64,000 nucleotides of DNA. It comes from Fibrobacteria bacterium (GTDB lineage Bacteria; Fibrobacterota; Fibrobacteria; UBA11236). Position numbers and translations under genes: made by a program. The notes under the pieces are model-generated. The model did no database searches. It was given only the letters and a program-made list of their open reading frames with translations, and was not told the DNA's origin. Position 1 is the stretch's first letter; every line of letters begins with the position of its first letter. The DNA lies in assembly GCA_043732185.1 (NCBI GenBank), contig JAYTHY010000046.1:124876-188875 (forward strand), read 5' to 3'. Positions 8,745-19,173 of the stretch are shown here, piece after piece.

Positions 8745-9567
8745 CTGTCACTGGCATGTTACCATACCATTCTGGCATGGATTTGGAAACCCGTTCCGCT
8801 TCGGACGCAGTCAACGGTGCGCGCTCCATCACAATTCCCAAAGCCGCCGCAAATCTATCTGAAAATCCCTCCGCAACACTTTCCCAGCGGATGGGCTTAT
8901 TCAACACTTCTTCCAAACTTACCGCATTGCGATCCAGAATCTCCAAATAACCCCTGCGTCGCTGGGCATCCAATCGCAGGCATTCGACAATAGTGCGATG
9001 CTGGCTGGAAACCAAAATGGACCCGTGTTGCAAAAAGGCATTTCGTAGGCGACGCTGGGCGGAACCAACTACCTTCCTATTCCCGTAAACGACTTCAGCA
9101 CGCGCTGTGGAAGAAAAGCATGGTGTCATGGCCCGCAGGTCCAAAGGTTTTTCCACCGGGTAGCCCCTGTCCAAGGTGATGCCCAAGCCGTTGGTGGACA
9201 AGGCCACGGCAATAGCTTGAGAGATGGCCCGATAAGAGGATTCCTGCGTCTTGGCCCAGTCCGCGGACTCGGCGCGAGCCAGCAGAGAATAGGTCAACTC
9301 ACCAATATGTAATACTGCGCGGCCGCCTGTGGGCCTCATTACAATATCGTATCCAAGCTCACGCACGCGATCGAGATTTAATTCCCGCTCAGGATTTTGC
9401 GAATGACCCAAACTGATGCAGGGTTTGCTCCAACCGTAGAGTCGAAAAGTTGGAGGAGAATGACCGGCGTCCACTTCGGCTAGAATGGCTTCATCCACAG
9501 CCATGTTTACGGCACCGGAATGGGCAGCAACGGATTTCAAATCCATTTCCAAAAGTCGCCAGATCAT
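8725..9567 (-). CDS. Lipoate-protein ligase family protein (LipM-like octanoyltransferase)
   Basis: NMAVDEA, RLYGW, RPTGGRAVLH, CF, KVVGSAQRR, LQHGSI. Confidence 0.85.
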   Translation of the reverse strand: MIWRLLEMDLKSVAAHSGAVNMAVDEAILAEVDAGHSPPTFRLYGWSKPCISLGHSQNPERELNLDRVRELGYDIVMRPTGGRAVLHIGELTYSLLARAESADWAKTQESSYRAISQAIAVALSTNGLGITLDRGYPVEKPLDLRAMTPCFSSTARAEVVYGNRKVVGSAQRRLRNAFLQHGSILVSSQHRTIVECLRLDAQRRRGYLEILDRNAVSLEEVLNKPIRWESVAEGFSDRFAAALGIVMERAPLTASEAERVSKSMPEWYGNMPVTGERTDA

Positions 9568-9592
9568 GACTGCAGTTTAGGGCCATGCCCTC

Positions 9593-10411
9593 TCAAAGCG
9601 GACCGGTGGATTTCTTATCATTCCGTCCACGGGAACCCGAACCGATATCCCCGGTTCCCCGCTCTTTTTCACCCGTCATGTTGGCCAAAGCTATCCGGGC
9701 ACCGGCCTGTTCAGCACTTTTCTTGGTGTTGCCGCGACCCTGGCCCCATTCCTTGCCCTGAACAAAAACTCCGATCACAAAACTCTTTTGATGCTCGGGG
9801 CCTGATTCTTCAACAACCTCATAGGCGGGAATGCCCGAACCCAGAGATTGGGTATACTCCAGCAATTTGCTTTTGTAGTTGGCCAACTCCTCATCGTCCA
9901 AGACACTATCCATAATGGTCATCAGTGAGCCGTGGATGAGTTTGCGCGCCGCTTCCAAGCCCCCATCCAAATAGACCGCTCCCACAATGGCTTCATAGGC
10001 ATCGGCTAAAATACTGAGCCGATTGCGTCCACCGGATTTCTCTTCCGAACGGCTCAATAGAATAAAGTCTCCCAAATGCCATTTGTCCGCGCACAGGCCC
10101 AACACCTTGGAACTGACCACCAAGGATTTCATTTTGGACATCCGGCCTTCTTCGCGATCCGGGTATTCATGAAAGAGGAAATCGGTGACAACGACATTCA
10201 ACACGGAATCGCCGAGAAATTCTAAGCGTTCGTTGGACTCTGATTTGGTTTTGATTTCCGAATTCTGGCTATTGACGTAGGACCGATGGGACAACGCCAA
10301 CACCAGTAGAGCATGGTTTTGGAATCGGTATCCCAAAACCCGTTCCAACTCCGTATGCGAGGGCTTGGAGGGCGCCCGCTTAAAGAGTTTGACTAAAAAA
10401 TCAAGGAACAT
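9593..10411 (-). CDS. rnc: Ribonuclease III
   Basis: ALSHRS, NERLEFLGDSVL, ADAYEAIVGAVYLD, dsRBD with YKSKLLEY...KKSAEQ. Confidence 0.97.
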   Translation of the reverse strand: MFLDFLVKLFKRAPSKPSHTELERVLGYRFQNHALLVLALSHRSYVNSQNSEIKTKSESNERLEFLGDSVLNVVVTDFLFHEYPDREEGRMSKMKSLVVSSKVLGLCADKWHLGDFILLSRSEEKSGGRNRLSILADAYEAIVGAVYLDGGLEAARKLIHGSLMTIMDSVLDDEELANYKSKLLEYTQSLGSGIPAYEVVEESGPEHQKSFVIGVFVQGKEWGQGRGNTKKSAEQAGARIALANMTGEKERGTGDIGSGSRGRNDKKSTGPL

Positions 10412-10459
10412 CAGGATACCAAGGCACTTTCAAATGCAAATGGTGCCTTCATCCTGATG
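10409..10459 (-). promoter_or_regulatory. Stem-loop between acpP and rnc that pairs the rnc AUG; candidate RNase III autoregulatory site
   Basis: mRNA CAUCAGGAU-G-AAGGCAC-(15 nt)-GUGCCUU-GGU-AUCCUGAUG: 9 + 7 perfect pairs; the final AUG is the rnc start. Confidence 0.6.
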
Positions 10460-10469
10460 GTGGTAGGAG

Positions 10470-10706
10470 TTAGGCTTTAGAGTTTACGTAAGCGATAACG
10501 TCGCTTACCTTCTTCAGCTTTTCTGCTTCTTCATCTGGGATCTCGATGTCGAATTCATCTTCCAGGGCCATGACCAGCTCGACCTGATCCAAGGAGTCGG
10601 CGCCTAGGTCATCGATAAAGGCCGCTTCGGGCTTTACCTGTTCCTCGGTTACACCGAGCTTTTCGACGATGACTTTAGTGATTTTCTGATTGATTTCCGA
10701 TGACAT
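10470..10706 (-). CDS. acpP: Acyl carrier protein
   Basis: [40 protein letters not shown]. Confidence 0.98.
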   Translation of the reverse strand: MSSEINQKITKVIVEKLGVTEEQVKPEAAFIDDLGADSLDQVELVMALEDEFDIEIPDEEAEKLKKVSDVIAYVNSKA

Positions 10707-10835
10707 TCAAATCTCCTTAGAAAGGTTGGCTAAATATAACTAATACCGGTCAATTAGACCGTTTTTTCCCCATTATGAACTCAAAACGAATTGAAATTGG
10801 TGTTTTTGTGGGTACATCAAGGCCATGGACAAAGT

Positions 10836-11594
10836 TCATATTCCCATGCCCCCATCGATTCCAAAAACTTGACCGCTTAAATATCCCGATTCCCGTGCCG
10901 ATAAAAAAGCCACCAGGGCGGCCACTTCCGATGCAGTGCCCATTCGGCCCATGGGAATGCTTCGCAGGATTTCCGTTTTCTGGTCTTCACTTAAAACTTG
11001 CGTCATATCCGAATCGATAAATCCCGGCGCCACGGCATTGCATGTGATATTCCGCGAGGCAATTTCCTTGGCACAACTTTTAGTAAATCCAATTATACCC
11101 GCCTTGGACGCGGCATAGTTGGCCTGTCCGGCCTGGCCATGGACACCCACAATAGAGGTGAGATTGATTATCCTGCCGTACTTTTGCTTGACCAAAGATC
11201 GCAATAGAGCCTTGGTGCATAAGAAAACGGATTTCAAATTGATGCGCACAACCTCGTCAAAATCCTCGTCCTTCATGCGGAGCAGCAAGCCGTCACGGGT
11301 GATGCCGGCATTGTTGATCAGGATTTCCACTGTGGGAGATTCCTTTAAGATGGCCGCAAAGGTTTCGTTGACCGAAGTGCTATCCCCTACATCTGCGGCC
11401 CAGCCCTTGGCTTCGCAGCCGGTTTCCGAAATGAGGCGAGTTGTAGCCGACTGGATCCCTTCAGCATTTCTAGCTATGAGATGCAGTTTGGCTCCGGACC
11501 GGGCGAGACGCTCGGCAATGGCATATCCCAAACCCCGGCTGGCCCCGGTTACAATGGCCGTTTGACTGGAAAGACTTAAAAAATCCGTTGCCAT
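10836..11594 (-). CDS. fabG: 3-oxoacyl-ACP reductase
   Basis: TGASRGLG, NNAGITRD, YAASK, VAPGFI; start moved to ATG 11594 (MATDF), just after the fabD stop. Confidence 0.95.
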   Translation of the reverse strand: MATDFLSLSSQTAIVTGASRGLGYAIAERLARSGAKLHLIARNAEGIQSATTRLISETGCEAKGWAADVGDSTSVNETFAAILKESPTVEILINNAGITRDGLLLRMKDEDFDEVVRINLKSVFLCTKALLRSLVKQKYGRIINLTSIVGVHGQAGQANYAASKAGIIGFTKSCAKEIASRNITCNAVAPGFIDSDMTQVLSEDQKTEILRSIPMGRMGTASEVAALVAFLSARESGYLSGQVFGIDGGMGI

Positions 11595-11601
11595 TGTCTC
11601 T

Positions 11602-12537
11602 TTATCCTTTCGAAGCGCCCTGGAGGCGTTCGATTTCTTCCCAGGATTCCACCGGGGTAACTTTAAGGTCACGGCTGATGCTACGGGCCAATCCCATCAG
11701 CACCTTACCGGGTCCGATTTCCAAAGCTTCGGTACAACCGAGGCTCATGGCGTTTTGTATGGATTCCACCCAGCGTACGGGTGAAGTCAACTGGCGCAGC
11801 AACATGGTTCGGATCGTTTCCGGATCCGTAAAGGGTTGCGCTTCCACATTACTGATCAGCGGCACTTGCGGCGCAGTAATTTTGACTTGAGCCAAACCGG
11901 CTTTAAGACCAGGCACTGCGAATTCCATTAATGGAGAGTGAAAGGCGCCGCTTACCGCCAACATCACCACTTTTTTTGCTCCAGCAGCTTCGGCGAGTTC
12001 GGCTGCAGCTTTTACACCCGCCACACTGCCGGACAGCACAATTTGCGAAGGACTGTTGAAATTGGCTGCCACCACCATTCCAGCTGAGGCGGCTTGCTGC
12101 AAAACGTCGTTTAACTTCGCTGTATCCAAGCCCAATACCGCCGCCATGGATCCGGGGCTTTTGTCACCGGCTTGAGCCATGAGTTGTCCGCGCAACTGAA
12201 CGACACGCAGTCCAGACTCAAAATCAAACGCACCTGCGGCGCAAAGGGCCGAGTATTCTCCTAAGGAATGTCCAGCTACATAATCGAAAGTGATTCCGGC
12301 CTTTCGCACCGCTTCCATAGCCATTATGGAAACGGTAAAAATGGCGGGCTGGGTAATATCAGTGCGGGTGAGTTTGGCTTCTGGACCATTTCGAAGGATA
12401 TCCCCTAGATCAAAGCCTAGAACCTGATTGGCTTTCTCCAACACTTCCCTGGCTGGAGCAAAGGTTTCCGCCAAAAGTTTTCCCATGCCTACATACTGGG
12501 ACCCTTGACCTGGAAAAAGCAAGATGCGCTTCGACAT
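11602..12537 (-). CDS. fabD: Malonyl-CoA:ACP transacylase
   Basis: FPGQGSQ, TQPA, GHSLGEY, VSGAFHS, SPVRW. Confidence 0.97.
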   Translation of the reverse strand: MSKRILLFPGQGSQYVGMGKLLAETFAPAREVLEKANQVLGFDLGDILRNGPEAKLTRTDITQPAIFTVSIMAMEAVRKAGITFDYVAGHSLGEYSALCAAGAFDFESGLRVVQLRGQLMAQAGDKSPGSMAAVLGLDTAKLNDVLQQAASAGMVVAANFNSPSQIVLSGSVAGVKAAAELAEAAGAKKVVMLAVSGAFHSPLMEFAVPGLKAGLAQVKITAPQVPLISNVEAQPFTDPETIRTMLLRQLTSPVRWVESIQNAMSLGCTEALEIGPGKVLMGLARSISRDLKVTPVESWEEIERLQGASKG

Positions 12538-12596
12538 TATTTCACCTGCTGCTCAAGTTCAAACATATTCATTTTTGGTTTTAAAAATCGCGGTGA

Positions 12597-13553
12597 TTAC
12601 CAGCGCAATAAATTGCATCCCCAAGACATGCCACCACCCACAGCAGCCAACGCTACCAGCTTTCCTGGTTGCAGCAAGCCCTTGGCTTCCGCATCACACA
12701 AAGCTAAGGGAATGGACGCCGATGAAGTGTTTCCAAATCGATCCACATTGACAATTACTTTTTCCGGGGGCAAGCCAAGCCTATCGGCAATGGCATTCAG
12801 TATGCGGACATTGGCCTGATGGAGAACCAAAAGATCCAAATCCTTAACCGCGTATCCAGCCTTCGCAACAGTCGATTCCACGATCTCGGAAATGACGGTG
12901 ACAGCTGCTTTAAAAACCTGTTTGCCATCCATATACATACCGCGTACGCCCCGTTCATCGGGTGTGCAGCCCAGATATAAAAAATCTGCTTGTCTTCCAT
13001 CGCTCTTGAGTTGGGACAGGAGAACACCGCGTTCCTTAGGACCCGCGCTCACCACTACGGCACCGGCCGCATCACCAAAAAGGATGCAAGTATTTCGATC
13101 CGACCAATCCAAAACCGGTGAAAGAATTTCAGTTCCGATGACGAGAATGTTTTTTGCCTGCCCGGATTCGACAAGCAATGCCGCCATGTTGAATCCAAAT
13201 ACGAAACCGGCGCAAGCGGCGGTTACATCGAAAGCGAAGGCATTGTGAGCCCCCAACTTGGCTTGAATAAAACAAGCCGTGGCCGGAAACTGCTTATCAG
13301 GATTGATGTTCGCGCAAATGATGCCGTCGATTTCTTCCGGCTTGACGCCTGCCTTGGCCATAGCCCCTTGAGCCGCCGCTGCGCCGAAGTCAGACGCCAC
13401 CAAAGTGGAATCCTCGGGTAGGATGCGCCGCTGCTTGATTCCGGTGCGGGTGGTTATCCACTCGTCGGTTGTATCCACCAATTTTTCAATCTGCGCATTC
13501 GTGACAATGTTCTCGGGATAATACACCCCAATGCCTCGAATGATGGCGCCCAT
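12597..13553 (-). CDS. fabH: Beta-ketoacyl-ACP synthase III
   Basis: EWITTRTGI, AACAGF, FGDAAGA, HQAN, GNTSSASIP. Confidence 0.97.
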   Translation of the reverse strand: MGAIIRGIGVYYPENIVTNAQIEKLVDTTDEWITTRTGIKQRRILPEDSTLVASDFGAAAAQGAMAKAGVKPEEIDGIICANINPDKQFPATACFIQAKLGAHNAFAFDVTAACAGFVFGFNMAALLVESGQAKNILVIGTEILSPVLDWSDRNTCILFGDAAGAVVVSAGPKERGVLLSQLKSDGRQADFLYLGCTPDERGVRGMYMDGKQVFKAAVTVISEIVESTVAKAGYAVKDLDLLVLHQANVRILNAIADRLGLPPEKVIVNVDRFGNTSSASIPLALCDAEAKGLLQPGKLVALAAVGGGMSWGCNLLRW

Positions 13554-14515
13554 CAGACCACCTGATTCAATTTAGCTGCGATTTTTTCGGCAACTTTATT
13601 ATTCGCCAGGCGATAGGCGAGATCCAATCCGTTCTTGATGACCTTGGCATTGGCCCGGCCATGCGTGATGAGGCCGGTACCATTGAGTCCCAGCAACATC
13701 GCTGCGCCAAAATTGGCGTAATCCCAATCTTGGTGAAATTGTTTCCCAGCCGGAGTCTCAATTTTTCCAAAAGTTTTGAGATGGTATTCGTAGAAACCTT
13801 CCATCAATTTCAGCACCACATTGCCGGTATAGCCAGGCGTCACCACAACATCCGGCGCATCATTCATCAAGTCACGGCCTTCCACATTGCCAATGAAGTT
13901 GATGGGCGCTTGTTTCAATAGCTGATGGGCTTCTTGCAACACCTCAGTGCCTTTTTTTTCTTCCTCACCCATGTTAAGGAGGCCTACAGTGGGATTTTTA
14001 CGGCCGAGCATTTCTTCCGAATAAATACTGCCACAAATGCCAAAGGCCACCAGGGTGCTGGCTTTTTCATCCACATTGGCACCGCAATCGAGCAGGGTGA
14101 CTTTTTTGCCGAAGGAAGGTACGTCGCAGGCGATGGCGGGTCGAGGAATCCCTCCGACGCGGCCGAGAACCATCAGGCACGCAGCCATCATGGCGCCGGA
14201 ATTTCCCGCACTAATACTGGCATGGACCAAACCCGCTTTTTGCAGGCTGACGCAAGTCATTAATCCGGAATTTTGTTTGGTCTTGAGAACAACTGTGGGC
14301 GAATCACCCATGGCTACGATATCGGGCGCATGCACGATTTCCATGCCCGCACCATCGTACCCAAAAGCCGCTAACTGTGCTTTAATGACATCCTCGGGGC
14401 CGACCAGCAGTATCTGGAATTTCCCCTGGTTTTCTTTGGCCGCGAGTATGGCACCTTCAACGATAGCCGCAGGTGCATTATCGCCACCCATGGCATCCAA
14501 GGCAACTTTGATCAC
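13553..14515 (-). CDS. plsX: Phosphate acyltransferase
   Basis: ALDAMGGDNAP, SAGNSGA, LDCGAN, GEEEKKG, FIGNVEG. Confidence 0.96.
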   Translation of the reverse strand: MIKVALDAMGGDNAPAAIVEGAILAAKENQGKFQILLVGPEDVIKAQLAAFGYDGAGMEIVHAPDIVAMGDSPTVVLKTKQNSGLMTCVSLQKAGLVHASISAGNSGAMMAACLMVLGRVGGIPRPAIACDVPSFGKKVTLLDCGANVDEKASTLVAFGICGSIYSEEMLGRKNPTVGLLNMGEEEKKGTEVLQEAHQLLKQAPINFIGNVEGRDLMNDAPDVVVTPGYTGNVVLKLMEGFYEYHLKTFGKIETPAGKQFHQDWDYANFGAAMLLGLNGTGLITHGRANAKVIKNGLDLAYRLANNKVAEKIAAKLNQVV

Positions 14516-14525
14516 GGTTTAGGCC

Positions 14526-14705
14526 TTATTCGACCGGCTGGCGGACTTCCATACCCGCGTAATAGCCGCAATTTGCGCAAACCCGATGCGAGATCTTGAT
14601 CTGTCCACAATGCGAACATTTCGCGACCGCAGGAGCTGTCAATTTCCAATGCGTTTTACGCTTGTCGCGACGGGCTGTTGATGTTTTTCGCTTAGGTACT
14701 GCCAT
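14526..14705 (-). CDS. rpmF: 50S ribosomal protein L32 (Zn-ribbon type)
   Basis: Not in the ORF track (59 aa). Manual translation MAVPKRKTSTARRDKRKTHWKLTAPAVAKCSHCGQIKISHRVCANCGYYAGMEVRQPVE; canonical position between yceD and plsX. Confidence 0.96.
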   Translation of the reverse strand: MAVPKRKTSTARRDKRKTHWKLTAPAVAKCSHCGQIKISHRVCANCGYYAGMEVRQPVE

Positions 14706-14763
14706 TTTCGACTCCAGTCAAAGTTACGTCCAAATCAATCGAGATCCACGTCTCCCGAACTTC

Positions 14764-15309
14764 TTAACCCGCCGCTCCATTGGAGTCATGCGGATTTTTA
14801 AGATCCTTGAGTTTAGCCCACCTGGGATCCACCCTATCCTTTTTAACTGCCTCTGCCTGGAATGCTTGACGGTTGCATTGTAAGCAACGGTCTTTATCAT
14901 CCAGTGATGGCAGTGGATGCAAATTGTAGTTGAGAATAATCTGCTCGGCAATTGGATGTTCCAGCGGAATATCCAGAATATCAGGCCCTACCTGGACCAA
15001 ATATTCTTCAACGCCTAAGTCCTCATTCTCTTCCCACTTAAGTCCCTGCGTCTCTTTCTTTTCTACAAGCAATCTCAGCTTGACCTGAAAGGCCCCGGTG
15101 AGTTTGTCCAAGCACCTTCCACAGTCCAAGGTGATAGACCCACGGATGACCATTTCATAGAGATGGCTCGTTACCGTTGGAATCGACTTGACTTTAGCCG
15201 TAAGTTCACCGCCACAGCCTAGATCGACCAGTTCCGGAAAATCCTCGCTTTTGGCTTGGAGAGTGAACTCCGTAGGCGCATTGCCTGTTGTATTTAGAGA
15301 GAGTAGCAA
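14764..15309 (-). CDS. yceD: YceD/DUF177 family protein
   Basis: CGRCL and C-terminal DPRWAKLKDL; upstream of rpmF. Confidence 0.85.
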   Translation of the reverse strand: MLLSLNTTGNAPTEFTLQAKSEDFPELVDLGCGGELTAKVKSIPTVTSHLYEMVIRGSITLDCGRCLDKLTGAFQVKLRLLVEKKETQGLKWEENEDLGVEEYLVQVGPDILDIPLEHPIAEQIILNYNLHPLPSLDDKDRCLQCNRQAFQAEAVKKDRVDPRWAKLKDLKNPHDSNGAAG

Positions 15310-15418
15310 AACGAGGGATAAAGTAAGAAGAACGGGCGAAAACCGTCAATTAATAGGCGCCGATTTCTTTTATATTTACCTGTCGACCTGCCCATTTTTG
15401 GCCCCGAAGGCGAGCCTG

Positions 15419-16597
15419 ATGCTTTTTTCCCCAATTTCCCTTTTTTTGGGAGCTGCCAATGCCATCTATGCGGGCTTGAATTTAAAGCTTTTACAGGGTT
15501 TGGGAAATTTGGCCCGACCGACTTCTAATGGGCAACCAGGGACTTCTAATGGGCTGTCAGGTTTAACGTCCCCATTGGTAACCATTCTTATCGCCGCTCG
15601 AAATGAGGAGTTGCGTATTTCCAAATGCCTCGATTGCCTCATGGTCCAAGACTATCAAGCGGACCGGCTCCAAATCATTATTGTCGATGATCGGTCCACG
15701 GACAAAACCGCCGATGTCCTAAATGGGTATGCGGACCGTTGGCCCGGCCGCCTGACCGTGGTACAATTGACCGAAACCAGACCCGGCCTTAGCCCAAAAA
15801 AATATGCCTTGAGTGTGGGGATGGAACAGGCAACTGGGGAACTTATTCTGACTACAGATGCGGATTGCGTTCTGTCCAAATCCTGGGTGTCCACTATCGT
15901 GTCGGAATTCGCACCCAATACTGGGCTGGTTTTGGGTATGACCAGTTATTACTCTATCGGCCCTAAAAGTATGGCTTGGGGCGTTCAAGCCCTTGAATTC
16001 ATTTCTTACGGGATAGTGGCGTCGGCGCTCATAGGCCTACGCTTCCCCATTCACGGCAATGCCAACAATATTGCGTACCGGCGTAAAGTGTATGCAGAAG
16101 CGGCCGGCTTCGCCACGCATGCGAATATTGTAAGCGGGGACGATGACTTTCTCATCCAATCCATTCATAAATTAGGCCGCTGGAAAATCCGATACTCCAT
16201 TCATCCGCAAAGCCAAGTGGAAACAGAACCGCCCTTATCCTTGCATCAGTTTTGGGAACAAAGAAAACGTTGGGCCAGCAAATGCAGCTTTTATGAACCC
16301 AAACAAGCCCTCTTTCTTGCTGGGATTTTTGCGTATTATTCTCTAATACCGGCTTGCATTGTGCTGGGGCTATTCAACAAAACGTATCTCGTGATGGGCT
16401 TAGCCAGCTTTTTCATCAAGACCGGCATGGACTATCTGGTCATGCGTCGCGGCCTAAGAATTTTTTCAAAGGTTGAATTGCTGCACTGGTTTCCGATAAC
16501 CTGTTTGGTCCATATCCCCGTAATTCTCGCCGCTGTACTGGTTGGCAGTTTCGGTGATTTTACTTGGAAGGGACAACGCGTCAAGCGGAAACTGTAG
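15419..16597 (+). CDS. Membrane glycosyltransferase family 2
   Basis: IAARNEE, VDDRSTD, TDADC, SGDDD, QRKRW, C-terminal TM helices; start trimmed to ATG 15419. Confidence 0.9.
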   Translation: MLFSPISLFLGAANAIYAGLNLKLLQGLGNLARPTSNGQPGTSNGLSGLTSPLVTILIAARNEELRISKCLDCLMVQDYQADRLQIIIVDDRSTDKTADVLNGYADRWPGRLTVVQLTETRPGLSPKKYALSVGMEQATGELILTTDADCVLSKSWVSTIVSEFAPNTGLVLGMTSYYSIGPKSMAWGVQALEFISYGIVASALIGLRFPIHGNANNIAYRRKVYAEAAGFATHANIVSGDDDFLIQSIHKLGRWKIRYSIHPQSQVETEPPLSLHQFWEQRKRWASKCSFYEPKQALFLAGIFAYYSLIPACIVLGLFNKTYLVMGLASFFIKTGMDYLVMRRGLRIFSKVELLHWFPITCLVHIPVILAAVLVGSFGDFTWKGQRVKRKL

Positions 16598-16621
16598 TTG
16601 CTTTTCCCAGTTTGGGACGGG

Positions 16622-17065
16622 CTACTCCACTGTTACCGTAGCTTTGGCGGTACCGGTTTTTTCCAATCCAATTTTATGCGCTGCCGCTGGGGAAAGGTCC
16701 AAAATGCGACTTGATGAAAAAGGACCTCGATCATTTACCTCTACAATAACGCTTTTCCCATTCTCAAGATTTGTGACTTTTACCTTGGAATGGAATGGCA
16801 AGGTGCGGTGGGCTGCAGTGAAGGCGTTCTTGTTGAACAACTCTCCACTGGCTGTTTTACGACCATGGAATTTGTCGGCATAAAAGGAAACCATGCCTGT
16901 CTCCGTGTATCCCGCTGCGCGAGGGCGGGTGGCGGAGGGATAGCCGCTCATACCACGATCATATCCAGGTCTAACGGGCGTTTTATGGGATGCACAGCCT
17001 ATCCAAAATAGGCAAGCCAGACCGGCTAAAACCGGCCTAAGGCCCTGATTAATACTGATCCACAT
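16622..17065 (-). CDS. rlpA: Septal ring lytic transglycosylase RlpA family lipoprotein (DPBB domain only)
   Basis: [31 protein letters not shown]; lipobox WIGC. Confidence 0.9.
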   Translation of the reverse strand: MWISINQGLRPVLAGLACLFWIGCASHKTPVRPGYDRGMSGYPSATRPRAAGYTETGMVSFYADKFHGRKTASGELFNKNAFTAAHRTLPFHSKVKVTNLENGKSVIVEVNDRGPFSSSRILDLSPAAAHKIGLEKTGTAKATVTVE

Positions 17066-19052
17066 TATCGTAGCCGTTGTCCAATTCTTCCTTGGTCTTG
17101 CCCTCTGGCACTATGGTAGAACTGTCCACGACAGGTGTTGATTCCGGCGAAGGGTGTGAGCCGCCTTCTCCAGAATAGCCATGGCCATAATGTTCAGAAT
17201 TGGGGTTGGGCTTGCCCTGAATCGGTGGAACACCGCCAGTTGCGCTGCCTGTTCCAGCTGGAACCGTACCATTTACTGGAGCCGCCACTGCCGGTGTTCC
17301 CGGTTTCGGCTGGACGGTTTTTGGGCGCGACTGAATACCCGCAGCAGCCAATTTGGCGTCCGCCATTGTAAAATAGGGTGTTTGCGGATAATGTTCACGG
17401 ACCAAGGAATAGGCATTAACGGCGGAATCGCGGGAACCGACCACTTTTTCTTCCCCGCGGTTCAATTGGTCATAAATCATGGCAATCACAAATTGGGCTT
17501 TAGCGGCTTCATGCGTTTTTCCGTAGACGGATACCACTTTGGCATAAGCGGGAACAACGGTGGCAATGAGATCTCCACCTCCAAAGCGCAATGCTTCCGC
17601 TTCCAAAAAGATTTTATGGGCCAAATCTTCCTCCGTTTGCACCGTTGCCTTAAGGCCCAGATTGCGTTCCGCCTGTTTGGCGTATTCCGTGCTCGGGAAC
17701 TTGTTGAGTACAAATTGGTATAAGGAATCACCGGTTGGCTTGGAGTGCTTGAACTCCTCTTGGATAAAGGCTCGCGCGTAGGCAGCACGCATGCTGTGGT
17801 TGGAATCCTGGCGTGGATCTTTTACGATGCGATCCAAATGCCCTAAGGCACTGTCGACATTGTCCAGATTGAAAAGAAACAATTCCGCGATCATGAAATC
17901 ACGATAATGGACCGGTGCCGCTGCCGTGTCCGTGGACTTGCGAAAATCAGCCAGGCGAGTGAGTGCCTTGGAACGCTCGGACCCTTTGGCTCCAAACTCA
18001 AATTGAATGCCTGCAGCTTCTGCGGAATCAAAAAAAACTTTAGCCGCTTTCTCCTGTTTGAGATCTGTCAATTGATACATGCCCAGGCGATAAAAAGCTT
18101 CCGCAGAATTGGCCGATTTGGGGGAGAGTTTCGGTACCTGCAGGAGCAAGGCTATAGCCTTATCAGGCTTGCCAATCTGAAAATATCCCTCCGCCAGCTT
18201 GAGATTGATTTCGGAAAAGTAGGGCGAGAAAAGCCGATTCTTGAGCATTGCTTCCAATTCAGTTATTCCGTCTTGGCCACGACCCATGCGATACAGGCAT
18301 TCCGCCGCCAGCATGTCACATCGATACCGCAGCTTGGTAGGCAGATATTTGATTTCCACAGCGCGTACATGATTCCTGGCTCGTTCCCATTGTTCCAGTT
18401 TCCAGGCCAGCTTTGCTGCTTCATAGTGAACCTGCGCTTTAGCTTCTGGAGTGCGGGCCTGTTCCTGTAAAAGTTTTTCATACAGTTCCAACGCCACAGA
18501 TGGAGAATCATTTTTGACTTCGAGCTGTGCCAAAAAGCCTAATGTCACGGCTCGCACATCCGGATCTTTGGTCGTAGCCAATACTTTTTCCAATGCCGTA
18601 AGGGCGAACGGGTATTGCCCATTCAGGAATAGGCATTTGGCGCGATGGAATTCAGCCACCTGAATCTCTTCTGCCTTGGGATAAAAGCGTTGCAACTCTT
18701 CGTACTTGAGAATGGCTTTGCCATATTCGCCCATGGCAAGGTAAGACTCGCCGATCAAGAACAGCGACTTGGGTTGATATTTTATTTCCGTGGAATAGAG
18801 CTCCAGGACTTTGGAAGCCTTGGCGATACTCCGCTCCAGCTTAACCTTTTCTTCCGGTGAGGCGATGATCGAATCCTCCGGATTCTTGTCCAGCCGTTTG
18901 TCATGCATGCGCATGGCCTGATCATAAGCTTTCTGCGCGTTGAAATAGGTATTGAAATAAACGCACCCGCCGAGACCAAAAACTAGGACGGGGAGGCATA
19001 GTCGGACCAGGCCTAAAAAAAAGCCAGGTGGTTTTGCGAGGTAGCGGGCCAT
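17049..19052 (-). CDS. TPR-repeat lipoprotein
   Basis: Lipobox [13 protein letters not shown]; many TPR-like helical pairs; Pro/Gly-rich tail. Start 19052 (or 19091). Confidence 0.8.
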   Translation of the reverse strand: MARYLAKPPGFFLGLVRLCLPVLVFGLGGCVYFNTYFNAQKAYDQAMRMHDKRLDKNPEDSIIASPEEKVKLERSIAKASKVLELYSTEIKYQPKSLFLIGESYLAMGEYGKAILKYEELQRFYPKAEEIQVAEFHRAKCLFLNGQYPFALTALEKVLATTKDPDVRAVTLGFLAQLEVKNDSPSVALELYEKLLQEQARTPEAKAQVHYEAAKLAWKLEQWERARNHVRAVEIKYLPTKLRYRCDMLAAECLYRMGRGQDGITELEAMLKNRLFSPYFSEINLKLAEGYFQIGKPDKAIALLLQVPKLSPKSANSAEAFYRLGMYQLTDLKQEKAAKVFFDSAEAAGIQFEFGAKGSERSKALTRLADFRKSTDTAAAPVHYRDFMIAELFLFNLDNVDSALGHLDRIVKDPRQDSNHSMRAAYARAFIQEEFKHSKPTGDSLYQFVLNKFPSTEYAKQAERNLGLKATVQTEEDLAHKIFLEAEALRFGGGDLIATVVPAYAKVVSVYGKTHEAAKAQFVIAMIYDQLNRGEEKVVGSRDSAVNAYSLVREHYPQTPYFTMADAKLAAAGIQSRPKTVQPKPGTPAVAAPVNGTVPAGTGSATGGVPPIQGKPNPNSEHYGHGYSGEGGSHPSPESTPVVDSSTIVPEGKTKEELDNGYDNVDQY

Positions 19053-19173
19053 GGTATTCTGCACTAGGATATAGTGTACGAATTTAGCCATGGGGAGTCA
19101 CGGATGGACGGGCAGCGGCACTGGCCCATGGAACGGGCACCGGCAAGGGCTCATGGCAAGGGCCATTGGATGA

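Noticed and set aside
15188..15418. N-terminal extensions in the ORF track (also 33756-34049, 11595-11672 and 25358-25441)
   Set aside because: They overlap neighbouring genes or precede better ATG starts that match family N-termini or SD sites.
15520..15554. 14-bp direct repeat GACTTCTAATGGGC with 21-bp period
   Set aside because: Small in-frame linker duplication in the GT2 gene; no sign of a mobile element.
19131..19170. GGCAAGGGC repeated twice between carB and the TPR lipoprotein gene
   Set aside because: Too short and only two copies; no structure I can support.
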